A stretch of 64,000 bases of DNA from Candidatus Woesearchaeota archaeon (GCA_021735165.1 JAIPHP010000003.1:1419-65418), one strand, 5' to 3'; numbered from the stretch's first letter, positions 28,846 through 38,957 are shown. Made by a program: numbers and translations. The notes: generated by a model from the letters alone, not told the origin.

Positions 28846-31181
28846 ATTTGATAATTAAAGTAATTACGGATTTAGGATATTTAATTTCTCCTGAAAATAG
28901 TCTTCTACTTTATTTCACAATATTGGGTATTTTAGTTACTTTAATTTCTATTTCAAGCAGTTTAACTAAAGAAGTACGTCAAGATTTATTTTATAATTAT
29001 TATATTAAATCAAAATTTCTGATTAGTTATCTAATATTTTATTTGATTTCATTTATTATTACATTTAGTTTTTATGTGTTTGAATGGGAATATTTGGATG
29101 TGTTATTAGGAACTCTTTTCATCATATTATTTGCTTGGTCGGTCTTTGTAATCTTTTTGTTTGTTAAAAATCTCAGTAGAAACTGGTTTTATGGACAACT
29201 TATTAGAAAGTTTAAATCAGAATTAAAAAAGACCAAACGGTCAGAAACCAAATATCAAACTCACACTCGAACAGAATTCAAATCATTAGATGATTTTCTA
29301 AAGAACCTAACTTATATTGAAACTACAAGTAGTGATTTTATCGAAGAAATAGAATTTGTAAAAGAGGTTGGTAGAATTACTCTAAAATCCAGTAATAATT
29401 ATATCTTTGATGATTTTTTTAGGCAACTTAAAAAAATAGAGAATCCTAAATTCTTTAGAAAATTAAGAAATTCTCTTTATGATTTAATGTGGGACAATTT
29501 CAATGAGCTAAGGGTTGTTATAAATCTTCAAAATATATATTCATCTTTATCAATTCATAGTTTTGAGAAAGTAAAAGAATTTGATAAAAATATTAATTCT
29601 GATGGTCTTAGAATTAAATCATTTAATGATATAAGATATATTGATTTATATGAAAAATCAACAGACCTAGATTGGATTAAGAGTTATGAAAGTCTAATTG
29701 TTAATACTATCAACAACTTATTTTCTTTAAGCAAGCAAACTATTTATTTGGATCTTGCTATAAAATCAAAGAAAAGATATCTTCTAGAACAATTGGGATC
29801 GATGGTTAAAGTTTTAGAGCATTATAATCACATACATGGACAAGATTTCCTAGATAATTATTATAATTTAAAATATAAAAAAGACATATCTGGAGATGAA
29901 AAGAAAAATTTGGATTTAGCAGATAGAAAATTGAATGCAATATCAGAACTAAAATCATTTCTTTGGAATAAACTGTCTGAATTATTCTATTTAATTTTAT
30001 ATGAAATTAATAGAAATGAACTTTCAAAAGATTTTTTTGAAGTGGCATTAAAGATATTTAATATTAAAAGTTTTAAAGACCAATTTTACTCTTATGAGAG
30101 ATTTGATAAATTAGATTTTTTAAATTACGACTGGTTTGAAGGCGGGGCTCAAGCTATTGCATCATTTAATTTTAACAAGTATAAATCATTGCTTTCATTC
30201 TATCAATATAAACTCGATGAGACTCTAGATTTAAATCAATATGGTGATGAACATTTCTCCAAACATAATGTTAATGATCTTAAAAATGCATTAAATGATT
30301 TGTCTGCAGAATATATAAATAAATATTTTGAATATGATTCTAAGCAGTTAAATGATTTTAAAAAGAAAGCCATTAAGGAAATTGACAATAAAATTAAAAT
30401 TTTAAAGAAGAATAAGAAAAAATATATTGCTGAAACTCCTTTAGTGAAAAAGTATGTGAATAATTTTATTTCAGACTGTAAATCTAATTGGGATAAAAAT
30501 CAAGAGATTCTCAAAAAGATCTTTAATTATGTTGAATTAGACAATGGTTATAAAGTTAAAAATTTCTTTGGTCAATACAAATTATTTGATAAAGATTGGT
30601 TTTTAGAATCTTTTGACAAAACTGTCGCTTTAGATAGAAGTTCAGGTCAGCACTTTGGAAGAGATCAAGTTATCAGTAAACGAAAAAATATATTAACAAA
30701 AATAAATGAAACTTTTAATGCCAAAATTGATAAAGAAATTATTGTAAAAGATCTATATTCTGATTTGAAGAAAATAATAAAGAAAAATAAAGAATACGTG
30801 TTGTTTTATAATTCTGATATTGGTAGAGAAATATATAGGATTCCTGATATTCAATGGGATAGACAAGAATGGCTTACAGCTTCGTTTAAAATTAATGATT
30901 CTAAAATTTTCTTGTATGCAACAAATATCGAGGAAAGTTTATTGTTTGAAAAGGAAAGCTTCACATTAGAGCAATATAAAGAAGGCTATGAGAAAATAAA
31001 ACAACCTTTAGTAGTGCAAGTTGAAGAAATAAAGAATAAGGATGAAATTAAAAAAATCAAAGAATCAAATGATAGATTCAAAAATACTCAAGATGTTCAG
31101 CAAAACGTAAAAATAAGAATTGCGGAAAAGTTCGAGATTAAACGTAATAAAGGTTCAAAATTTATTAGACTAAAAAGATAA
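28842..31181 (+). CDS. membrane-anchored large protein of unknown function embedded in the R-M operon (candidate abortive-infection/defense effector)
   Basis: 779 aa; about 4 N-terminal TM helices then a roughly 640-aa soluble domain with no recognizable motif; located between hsdS and hsdR. Confidence 0.5.
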   Translation: MNLIIKVITDLGYLISPENSLLLYFTILGILVTLISISSSLTKEVRQDLFYNYYIKSKFLISYLIFYLISFIITFSFYVFEWEYLDVLLGTLFIILFAWSVFVIFLFVKNLSRNWFYGQLIRKFKSELKKTKRSETKYQTHTRTEFKSLDDFLKNLTYIETTSSDFIEEIEFVKEVGRITLKSSNNYIFDDFFRQLKKIENPKFFRKLRNSLYDLMWDNFNELRVVINLQNIYSSLSIHSFEKVKEFDKNINSDGLRIKSFNDIRYIDLYEKSTDLDWIKSYESLIVNTINNLFSLSKQTIYLDLAIKSKKRYLLEQLGSMVKVLEHYNHIHGQDFLDNYYNLKYKKDISGDEKKNLDLADRKLNAISELKSFLWNKLSELFYLILYEINRNELSKDFFEVALKIFNIKSFKDQFYSYERFDKLDFLNYDWFEGGAQAIASFNFNKYKSLLSFYQYKLDETLDLNQYGDEHFSKHNVNDLKNALNDLSAEYINKYFEYDSKQLNDFKKKAIKEIDNKIKILKKNKKKYIAETPLVKKYVNNFISDCKSNWDKNQEILKKIFNYVELDNGYKVKNFFGQYKLFDKDWFLESFDKTVALDRSSGQHFGRDQVISKRKNILTKINETFNAKIDKEIIVKDLYSDLKKIIKKNKEYVLFYNSDIGREIYRIPDIQWDRQEWLTASFKINDSKIFLYATNIEESLLFEKESFTLEQYKEGYEKIKQPLVVQVEEIKNKDEIKKIKESNDRFKNTQDVQQNVKIRIAEKFEIKRNKGSKFIRLKR

Positions 31182-31200
31182 TATTTAAGGAGGCATCATA

Positions 31201-34200
31201 ATGGCAAAAACTAAAGAAAGTGATTTTGAGGAGGCAATCGTTGACTCTCTTGTAAACTCAGGAGGGTATGAAGAAGGAGATCCTAAGGATTTTGATTCAG
31301 AGACAGCAATATTCAAGAATGATTTATTCAATTTTTTACAAAAAACTCAACCTAATGAGTGGAAGAAATCTCTTGAGGTTCATGGTAATGATGTTGAAGA
31401 GAAAGTTCTATTTAGATTAACGCAAGAATTACAGTCTAGAGATATTTTAGATGTACTCCGAAATGGGTTTACCGATTATGGAGTAAAATACAAATTAGCT
31501 TTTTTTAAGCCTGAGACTAAATTAAATCTTGATGATGCTAAAAGATATAAGAATAATCTCTTAAAAGTTACACGACAAGTTCATCACTCTCCTAATAATC
31601 CTGATCTTTCCTTAGATTTAGTTTTATCTATTAATGGTATTCCTGTTGCTACAGCTGAACTTAAAAATCAGTTCACAGGTCAGAATGTATCTAATGCTGA
31701 AAGGCAATATATTGAAGATAGAGATCCTAATGAATTAATTTTTCAATTTAAGAGAAGAACCTTAGTTCATTTTGCTATTGATACTGATGAAGTGTTTATG
31801 ACAACTAAACTTGAAGGTAAGAGAACTAGATATTTGCCTTTTAATCAAGGAGATAATAATGGTGCAGGTAATCCCTTAAATCCTGATGGATACAAAACTG
31901 CTTATCTTTGGGAGTATGTTTGGTCTAAAGATAGTTGGATGGATATATTACAGAAATTTGTTCATTTACAAACTGAAACCTACAAGATAGAAGGTAAAAC
32001 TATAAAAAAAGAAAAGATGATTTTTCCTAGATACCATCAATTAGATTCTGTAAGAAAACTAACTCAAGATGTAAAGTCAAAAGGTGCAGGTATTAATTAT
32101 TTAATTCAACATTCTGCAGGAAGTGGTAAATCTAATTCTATTGCCTGGTTAGCTTATAGGTTAGCAAGTCTTCATAATAAAGAAGATAAGGCTGTATTCA
32201 ATAGTGTTATTGTTGTTACTGATAGAACTGTTCTTGATAAACAATTACAAGATACAATTTATCAGTTTGAACATAAACAAGGAGTTGTTCAAAAGATTGA
32301 TAAGAATTCAACTCAATTAGCTGAATCGCTTACAAAAGGTATTCCAATTATCATTACAACATTGCAAAAGTTTCCATTTGTTCTTGATAAAATTGGTAAA
32401 TTACCTAAGAGAAAATATGCTGTTATTGTAGATGAAGCTCATTCTTCTCAAGGTGGAGAATCTTCTAAAAAGATGAAAGAAGTTCTTTCTATAAAAGACT
32501 CTGAAAAAGCATTGAATACTTTAACTGAAGAAGCTGAAGATCTTGCAGAAGATGAAATCAGGAAATCTATGGAAGCGAGAGGAAAGCAAGATAATCTAAG
32601 TTTCTTTGCATTTACTGCCACTCCTAAAAATAAAACATTAGAAGTATTTGGTCATAAGAAAAATAAGAAACCATATCCTTTCCATCTTTACTCTATGCGA
32701 CAAGCAATTGAAGAGGGATTTATTATTGATATATTAAAGAATTTTACAACATACAAAACTTATTTCAAATTATCTAAAGAAATTGAAGATGATCCTAAGA
32801 TAAATAAAAAGAAAGCTGCACGAGCAATAGCAAGGTTCTTAACTTTACACCCTCATAATTTATCACAAAAAACCGAAGTTATGGTGGAACATTTTAGACA
32901 AGTTGTAATGCATAAAATTGGAGGTAAAGCAAAAGCAATGGTTGTAACAGCCTCTAGACTTCATGCAGTAAGATACTATCAAGAGTTCAATAAATATATC
33001 AAAGAAAAAGGATATAGCAATATTAAAACACTTGTCGCATTTTCAGGGATTGTTAAAGATGAATTCGGTAACGAGTTTAAAGAAACTATTATGAATGGTT
33101 TTAAAGAAAAAGAATTGCCTGATAAGTTTAATACTAGTGAATATCAAATTCTTTTAGTTGCAGAAAAATATCAGACTGGATTTGATCAACCATTACTCCA
33201 TACTATGTATGTTGATAAAAAATTATCTGGTGTGAAAGCTGTTCAAACATTATCTAGATTAAATAGAGTTTGTTCAGGAAAAGAAGATACTTTCATCCTC
33301 GATTTTGCAAATACAGAAGAGGAAATTATTGAATCATTCCAACCTTACTATGAAATTACAACTATTGATGAACCAACAAATCCTAATAGGTTATATGATC
33401 TTAAGACAAAACTAGATCAAACAAGAGTTTATACAAATTCAGAAATAGATAGTTTTGCTAAGTTCTTCTTTAAACCAAAAGAGCGATATACTGTAAGAGA
33501 TAATGCTCAATTAAATAGATTTATTGATCCTGCAGTTGATAGATATAAAGGAATTAGCGGTGAAGATGATAAAGAAGATTTCAAACACACACTTACTGTG
33601 TTTATTAGAACTTATGCCTTCTTGGCTCAGATAATGCCTTTTAATGATGCTGAACTTGAAAAACTATTTGCATACGGTAAACTTCTTTTGAACAAACTTC
33701 CAAAAAGACAACTAGGAGAACAATTCAAACTAAATGATGAAGTTGCCTTGGAATATTATAGACTACAAAAAATCAAAGAAAGTCATATTAAACTTGAAAA
33801 AGGAAAAGTTGGAGAGTTAAACTCTGCAAAAGAAGCAGGAATAAGAAAAGACAAAGAAGAGAAAGCCAAACTATCCGAATTAATCGAAGTATTAAACGAT
33901 AGGTTTGGAACTGACTTTACTGAAGCAGATAAATTGTTCTTTGATCAAATTGAAGCTGAGCTAGTTGAAGATCAAAAGCTAAAAAGTAGTGCCGAAGTAA
34001 ATAATATTGAAAACTTCAAGTTTGGATTTGATGACCAATTCATGAATAAGTTAATTGATAGGATGGAACAAAATGAAGACATCTTTAGAAAAATAAATGA
34101 TGATAAAGTATTTGCTTCTGTAGTTAAAGACTATATGCTAAAGAAAGTTTACAATAGACTAAAAGAAGAAGAGAAAACTCTTTCAAAGTATCTAACTCAA

Positions 34201-34266
34201 GACGGTTCTGCTATGGCTGTTGCTGATAAAAAAGAAAAGTACGGTAAGAAGAAGGTGAAGAAATAA
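31201..34266 (+). CDS. hsdR: type I restriction enzyme R subunit HsdR
   Basis: 1021 aa; SF2 helicase motifs including GSGKS-like QHSAGSGKSNS and DEAH box VIVDEAHSSQ; RBS AAGGAGG upstream. Confidence 0.9.
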   Translation: MAKTKESDFEEAIVDSLVNSGGYEEGDPKDFDSETAIFKNDLFNFLQKTQPNEWKKSLEVHGNDVEEKVLFRLTQELQSRDILDVLRNGFTDYGVKYKLAFFKPETKLNLDDAKRYKNNLLKVTRQVHHSPNNPDLSLDLVLSINGIPVATAELKNQFTGQNVSNAERQYIEDRDPNELIFQFKRRTLVHFAIDTDEVFMTTKLEGKRTRYLPFNQGDNNGAGNPLNPDGYKTAYLWEYVWSKDSWMDILQKFVHLQTETYKIEGKTIKKEKMIFPRYHQLDSVRKLTQDVKSKGAGINYLIQHSAGSGKSNSIAWLAYRLASLHNKEDKAVFNSVIVVTDRTVLDKQLQDTIYQFEHKQGVVQKIDKNSTQLAESLTKGIPIIITTLQKFPFVLDKIGKLPKRKYAVIVDEAHSSQGGESSKKMKEVLSIKDSEKALNTLTEEAEDLAEDEIRKSMEARGKQDNLSFFAFTATPKNKTLEVFGHKKNKKPYPFHLYSMRQAIEEGFIIDILKNFTTYKTYFKLSKEIEDDPKINKKKAARAIARFLTLHPHNLSQKTEVMVEHFRQVVMHKIGGKAKAMVVTASRLHAVRYYQEFNKYIKEKGYSNIKTLVAFSGIVKDEFGNEFKETIMNGFKEKELPDKFNTSEYQILLVAEKYQTGFDQPLLHTMYVDKKLSGVKAVQTLSRLNRVCSGKEDTFILDFANTEEEIIESFQPYYEITTIDEPTNPNRLYDLKTKLDQTRVYTNSEIDSFAKFFFKPKERYTVRDNAQLNRFIDPAVDRYKGISGEDDKEDFKHTLTVFIRTYAFLAQIMPFNDAELEKLFAYGKLLLNKLPKRQLGEQFKLNDEVALEYYRLQKIKESHIKLEKGKVGELNSAKEAGIRKDKEEKAKLSELIEVLNDRFGTDFTEADKLFFDQIEAELVEDQKLKSSAEVNNIENFKFGFDDQFMNKLIDRMEQNEDIFRKINDDKVFASVVKDYMLKKVYNRLKEEEKTLSKYLTQDGSAMAVADKKEKYGKKKVKK

Positions 34267-34267
34267 G

Positions 34268-34648
34268 ATGGCTTTTGCATTATCATTAAAACAACCATGG
34301 GCTGAATTGATTTTACAAGGTAAGAAAACAATTGAGACTAGGAGATGGAATACTGAGTTTCGAGGAGAGTTCTATATTCATGCTTCCAAAACCATTGATA
34401 AAGAAGCTTGTGAAGAGTTAGGGATTGATCCTTCTTCTTTGGTTACTGGTGTTATTGTTGGGAAGGCAACAATAGTTGATGTTAAGGAGTATTATTCTGA
34501 AGACCAATTTATGAAAGATAATTCTAAACACCGAGCAGGATTTTATGGGTTTGGACATCCTCTTTTTGGATTCATATTGGAAGATGTAGAGCGAATCGAA
34601 CCAATTCCTCAGAAAGGTGCTCTGAAGTTTTTTGAGGTGAATGTATAA
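34268..34648 (+). CDS. ASCH-domain (PUA-like) protein
   Basis: LSLKQPWAELILQGKKTIETRRW is the hallmark ASCH N-terminal motif; starts 2 nt after the hsdR stop. Confidence 0.65.
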   Translation: MAFALSLKQPWAELILQGKKTIETRRWNTEFRGEFYIHASKTIDKEACEELGIDPSSLVTGVIVGKATIVDVKEYYSEDQFMKDNSKHRAGFYGFGHPLFGFILEDVERIEPIPQKGALKFFEVNV

Positions 34649-36912
34649 TGGGATCACGTACTGGCTCTACATTTAAGTCATTGGCTGGACGAAAGAGAGG
34701 CAGTAAATTAAAGAGTATTGGTGCTTCTATCTCTGCAGGCATGCAAGCAGGAGAAACAGCTATTGTTTCATCTGGAGGTGCTGTTAGTGCAGGATCTGGA
34801 GCAATTGTTAGTGGAGGGGGTAGTGGTGCAGGAGTTGCTTTTGTAGCACCAATTGCAGGAGCAGCTGCTTTAGTTGCAAGTAGTAAGCCTTCTATGGATG
34901 TAGTGTATCATACTACCAAGTTAGCTGATTCTGTTTTAAAAAATCTGAATGACCTAACTAACAAATATCAAACTGCAAGTCAGAATCAGCCTGTTTATTC
35001 TTATTTTGCTAAAAGTCCAGTTGAGTTTCCAGTTAATATGGTTCAGAGCATGGTTGTTGATGAAGTTTCTGATCTTGCATGGGCTAATGTAAAGAGTGAA
35101 CTTGGATTAAAGACAACTGCACACCAGGATAGAATTGCGAAATTTATCATTTCACAATTAATTGGTCTTACATTGAACATGATTAAACAGAAAATAAAAG
35201 GAGAGAAAATAGACAAGCACTTTTTCTATAAAGAAGTTATGGGTGCAGCTATTGAATATTGCCTTGATGGGTTTATGCAATCAAATGCAGAAAATGAAGT
35301 CTTATCATCAAACCCTTCTGTTGCTTATTGCCAAATGGAGACTGGCTCACAAAAAGTTTTTCAAACAGCTACAAAAGAGATTGCCAAAGAACTGGCAGAA
35401 TTAATCTATGATGATATCTCTTCTCAAAACGAGTTTCCAGAACAAAAGCAATTCAATAGGATACTAAAGAAAAGAGTCACTGAAAAACTAAAGGTAGAAG
35501 TGGAAGCCACAGAATATGAAGGGGATTCTGATTTCAAAAAGCAACGTCTTCTCGCCTCTGATCAAAAAAAAGTCCCAGATAAATTAGATAAGAAAGATGT
35601 TGTGATCTCTACTCAAACCACTGTCAATAAAAGAAAGATTGATGATTCTTTGAGAATACGATTTACCGCACCAGAGAATGATTATGTAAGGGGAAGGATA
35701 ACTCCTGCACATAGGGATTTGCTTTCTATAACATCTACTATTTCAAAAATAGAGTATCTAATGAGAAGTGGTGATGTCACGAATATTTTACCTACTGACA
35801 CAATCATTTACTCCAACACAGACATTTCTAAGAAAACCAGAAGCCTTGTTAATACACTTGCTTCTTTTTTGCTAACCTTTAACCCAAATATATCTATAAA
35901 GAAAAATAGTGCCTCTTCGGAAAAAAAAGAACAAAAGGAAAATACAGAAAAATCTGATGTTATTGTTCTATTCTCTGGAGGATTAGATAGTTTAGCAGGA
36001 TTAGAATATGCAAAGAAAAAATACAAAAACCCTAAGTTTGTATATGTGAATAATCAAGTCAATAGAACAAGTGCTGTTGTAAGATATCTTCAACATAAAC
36101 TCCATTTAGGAGATGACCTTATTATTTTCCAAAGTCAGAAAGGAGGACAATTTCTACAACAGACAAGAGGATTTTTATTTCTCTCTGCCGCGGCTGTCAC
36201 CGCAGATGTGTTTGGAGCTAAAGAAATAATTGTTGCAGAATGCGGGGTAACAAAATATCAACCCAGTACAACCATTTCTGATGAGATTACAAAAACAACC
36301 CACCGATTAATGATTGAATTGGCAGAACATATTTTCTCTGAGTTCAATATAAATGTAAAAATCAAGTTCCCATTTGATATGAAAACTAAAGCTGAGATCA
36401 TAGCAGGATATCCAGACAAAAAGCTTCTTATTGATTCTCATTCGTGTAGATCATCAAGATTTTCAGATAAAGATAAGGATGAATGTGGATATTGTTTTGC
36501 TTGTCTACTAAAAAATATAAGTTTATCTTATGTGTTGGGCAAAAAACAAGACCAGTTTTTAATTGATCCAATTACAAATTCACAATCCTTTACAACTCAG
36601 AATTTAGGAAGAACCAGATCGTTAAAGAATAAGTGCTATGAATCAATTTTCTCACTTATTAATTTCTCCAAATCAATGCTTGCAGGCAATCTTCCAGAGC
36701 CAATACAAAAGTACATGCAGGACTATGGAACAACTAAATTATTCAAGAATCATGCAGAAGATATGATTTATGGGCTTATGTTCATGAAGAATAAAGGATG
36801 GGTAAAAAATGAGAAAGTTCTCGAATTGCTTAACAAAATTGAGAAGGAATCTTGGTTTGATAAAAAACAAATACTTGAACGAAGAAAAGAATTACTAAAT
36901 GTTAAGACTTAG
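34648..36912 (+). CDS. fusion protein: Gly/Ala/Ser-rich N-terminus, unknown middle domain, C-terminal QueC-like PP-loop ATPase
   Basis: C-terminal VIVLFSGGLDSLAG (SGGxDS PP-loop) and CGYCFACLLKN Cys cluster as in QueC; N-terminal 80 aa GSxGAxVSGGGSGAGVAFVAPIAGAAALVASS (Gly-zipper/hydrophobic); 1-nt overlap with the ASCH gene. Confidence 0.6.
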   Translation: MGSRTGSTFKSLAGRKRGSKLKSIGASISAGMQAGETAIVSSGGAVSAGSGAIVSGGGSGAGVAFVAPIAGAAALVASSKPSMDVVYHTTKLADSVLKNLNDLTNKYQTASQNQPVYSYFAKSPVEFPVNMVQSMVVDEVSDLAWANVKSELGLKTTAHQDRIAKFIISQLIGLTLNMIKQKIKGEKIDKHFFYKEVMGAAIEYCLDGFMQSNAENEVLSSNPSVAYCQMETGSQKVFQTATKEIAKELAELIYDDISSQNEFPEQKQFNRILKKRVTEKLKVEVEATEYEGDSDFKKQRLLASDQKKVPDKLDKKDVVISTQTTVNKRKIDDSLRIRFTAPENDYVRGRITPAHRDLLSITSTISKIEYLMRSGDVTNILPTDTIIYSNTDISKKTRSLVNTLASFLLTFNPNISIKKNSASSEKKEQKENTEKSDVIVLFSGGLDSLAGLEYAKKKYKNPKFVYVNNQVNRTSAVVRYLQHKLHLGDDLIIFQSQKGGQFLQQTRGFLFLSAAAVTADVFGAKEIIVAECGVTKYQPSTTISDEITKTTHRLMIELAEHIFSEFNINVKIKFPFDMKTKAEIIAGYPDKKLLIDSHSCRSSRFSDKDKDECGYCFACLLKNISLSYVLGKKQDQFLIDPITNSQSFTTQNLGRTRSLKNKCYESIFSLINFSKSMLAGNLPEPIQKYMQDYGTTKLFKNHAEDMIYGLMFMKNKGWVKNEKVLELLNKIEKESWFDKKQILERRKELLNVKT

Positions 36913-37570
36913 TTTGCTCATTAAAACTATAATATCCTTCATTACCAATAATTACATGATCCAACACTTTAATAGATAATAATTCTCCTGACTTAAACAA
37001 TATGTCTGTAATTTTAATATCTTCTTCTGAAGGTTCTGCTTCTCCTGATGGGTGATTGTGAACAAGAATAACAGAATTTGCACTTTCTTTTATTGCAGAT
37101 TTGAAGACTTCACGAGGATGAATCAAAGAACTATTCAAAGTACCTACAGAAATAATTTCATCCTTGATAACTCTGTTTCTTGTATCTAGATGTAAGATCA
37201 TGAAGTGTTCTTTATCCGCTCCATTAAGTTTTGGGTGTGCATAATCAAATACATCTTTTGCTGATTTTATTGGTTTTCCATTTTGTTTAGATAAACTGTG
37301 TCTTTTATTGAATTCAAATAGTGCAATTATTTGAGAAGCTTTAGCTTTTCCTATGCCTTTAATCTCTTGTAATTCTTTTAATGAACAAGAAGACAATTTA
37401 TTAACTCCATATTTAGAAATAAGTCTATTGGACATATCAATTACGTTTTCTTCTTTTGTTCCTTTTTGTAGAATCACAGCTAATAGTTCTGAGTCTGAAA
37501 GTACAGAAACTCCTTGTTTTTCCATTCTTTCTCTAGGTCTATTCTCTAAAGAGATGTCTTTAATACGCAT
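36902..37570 (-). CDS. radC: RadC-family JAB/MPN (JAMM) domain protein
   Basis: JAMM motif HNHPSGEAEPSEED (HxHx7Sx2D), N-terminal HhH-like region; typical RadC/DUF2466. Confidence 0.8.
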   Translation of the reverse strand: MRIKDISLENRPRERMEKQGVSVLSDSELLAVILQKGTKEENVIDMSNRLISKYGVNKLSSCSLKELQEIKGIGKAKASQIIALFEFNKRHSLSKQNGKPIKSAKDVFDYAHPKLNGADKEHFMILHLDTRNRVIKDEIISVGTLNSSLIHPREVFKSAIKESANSVILVHNHPSGEAEPSEEDIKITDILFKSGELLSIKVLDHVIIGNEGYYSFNEQTKS

Positions 37571-37628
37571 TAATACATGATATCTTATGGTGTTTGATAA
37601 AGGTTTCTAAGAATTATCCGAAAGATTT

Positions 37629-37814
37629 TCACTTTTTCTGAACAATTATTTCATGTATTTCTCTAATTCTTTTTTCATTTATCATCTCATCACTTAGCAA
37701 TAAATCTCTAATAAATTGAGAAAGAGAAATGTATCCTTTGCATTCTTTTCTTAATTGTATTAATTCGTATTGTTTTGTAGTTACTCTAAAGTTGATGAAT
37801 CTAGTTCTTTTCAT
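37629..37814 (-). CDS. ribbon-helix-helix (MobC/CopG-like) small DNA-binding protein
   Basis: RTRFINFRVTTKQYELIQLRKECKG-YISLSQFIRDLLL pattern; 4-nt overlap with the upstream ligase gene. Confidence 0.45.
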   Translation of the reverse strand: MKRTRFINFRVTTKQYELIQLRKECKGYISLSQFIRDLLLSDEMINEKRIREIHEIIVQKK

Positions 37815-38620
37815 TTATCTTCTCTCACTCTTAAGATTTTTGGAAATCTCAACTTATAGCTGTCTTCTTTTTTATACATCATGTCATACCCAACCTCGAC
37901 TGTTTGTCCATTCTCTATATATAGTTTTGAGCTTGCTGTTCCTATCTGTTTTTCTCCTTCATTTAATGTGTATATCCATCCAAGATTATCTTTTCTTTCT
38001 CTTCTACTAATTACTTGCAAGTCTACTGTTCTAAGTGGTTTTTTCTTTAGCCAATTATATCGAGAGCCTGGATGATAAGGACTGCAGTTCTTTACTACTA
38101 TTCCTTCCATTCCTTTTTTTATCATCTTTGTATAAAACTCTTGTATGTCAACGATAGTATTGGTGCAAAAGAATGGAACGTGAGAAAGATGTTTATTTTC
38201 CTCAATCATCAAACCTAGATGTTGTTTTCGGGATAATAATGGATCTTTATAGAGGAAATGTTCTCCTATCTGTAAAACATCAAAAACAAAATATACAAAC
38301 TTTTGTCCAGGAGGAAGTTTCTTTAGCAGTACCGAATTTGAACTTAATATTTTTCCATTATCGACTACTGCTATTTCTCCATCCAGTATCATATTGATTC
38401 CATGAATTCCTTTTATTACTTCTTCTCCAAGATTTCCAAATCTTTTAGTCCAGTCTGCTCCACTTCTTGTAAAGAACTTGATATCATCTCCTTGTTTCAA
38501 ACATAGAATACGAACTCCATCTATCTTTGGCTCTACAAATACTCCCTCGTTATTGTAGAGAAAGATTCCTAAATCGCCTTCTCCTACTAATTGTGGCTTA
38601 AATTTCGTCAGATCTATCAT
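37811..38620 (-). CDS. small ATP-dependent DNA ligase
   Basis: Adenylation motif I EPKIDGVRIL (KxDGxR), motif V-like EGIVVK; 269 aa minimal ligase typical of mobile elements. Confidence 0.7.
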   Translation of the reverse strand: MIDLTKFKPQLVGEGDLGIFLYNNEGVFVEPKIDGVRILCLKQGDDIKFFTRSGADWTKRFGNLGEEVIKGIHGINMILDGEIAVVDNGKILSSNSVLLKKLPPGQKFVYFVFDVLQIGEHFLYKDPLLSRKQHLGLMIEENKHLSHVPFFCTNTIVDIQEFYTKMIKKGMEGIVVKNCSPYHPGSRYNWLKKKPLRTVDLQVISRRERKDNLGWIYTLNEGEKQIGTASSKLYIENGQTVEVGYDMMYKKEDSYKLRFPKILRVREDK

Positions 38621-38957
38621 TATTCGTTACCTCCTTAACCTCTTTATCAAGTAGCTTCAAAACCCACTTTCCACTACCTTGTGACGAGTGTGAACTCTTG
38701 AAATAAACTGCGAGTAAAGAACCAACATTAAACTCGCTGGCTTTCTCAATTATTCCATGCAGTCCTCTCATCTTGAACTTCTCTTCAGCTGTACTTTTTA
38801 CTTCCACAAGGAAAGTCTTTGTTTTACTAAACAAAACAACATCACAGACAGAATATTTTCTTCTGCCTGATGCAGCTACTCTTTCTGTATGGAAACCTTG
38901 TTCCTTCATGAGATTACAAAAATCTCTTTCATATTGCAGATGGCTTTTTAGTCTCAT
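38598..38957 (-). CDS. hjc: Holliday-junction resolvase Hjc-like PD-(D/E)xK nuclease
   Basis: ERVAASG...CDVVLFSK...LVEVKST resembles the archaeal Hjc catalytic core (E...D...EVK). Confidence 0.6.
   Translation of the reverse strand: MRLKSHLQYERDFCNLMKEQGFHTERVAASGRRKYSVCDVVLFSKTKTFLVEVKSTAEEKFKMRGLHGIIEKASEFNVGSLLAVYFKSSHSSQGSGKWVLKLLDKEVKEVTNNDRSDEI

Noticed and set aside
36902-37570. Assigning RadC definitively to the QueC-like module
   Set aside because: RadC is on the opposite strand and is the last gene of the Hjc/ligase/RHH operon; its functional linkage to the QueC-like gene is only a hypothesis, and RadC is common on mobile elements generally.
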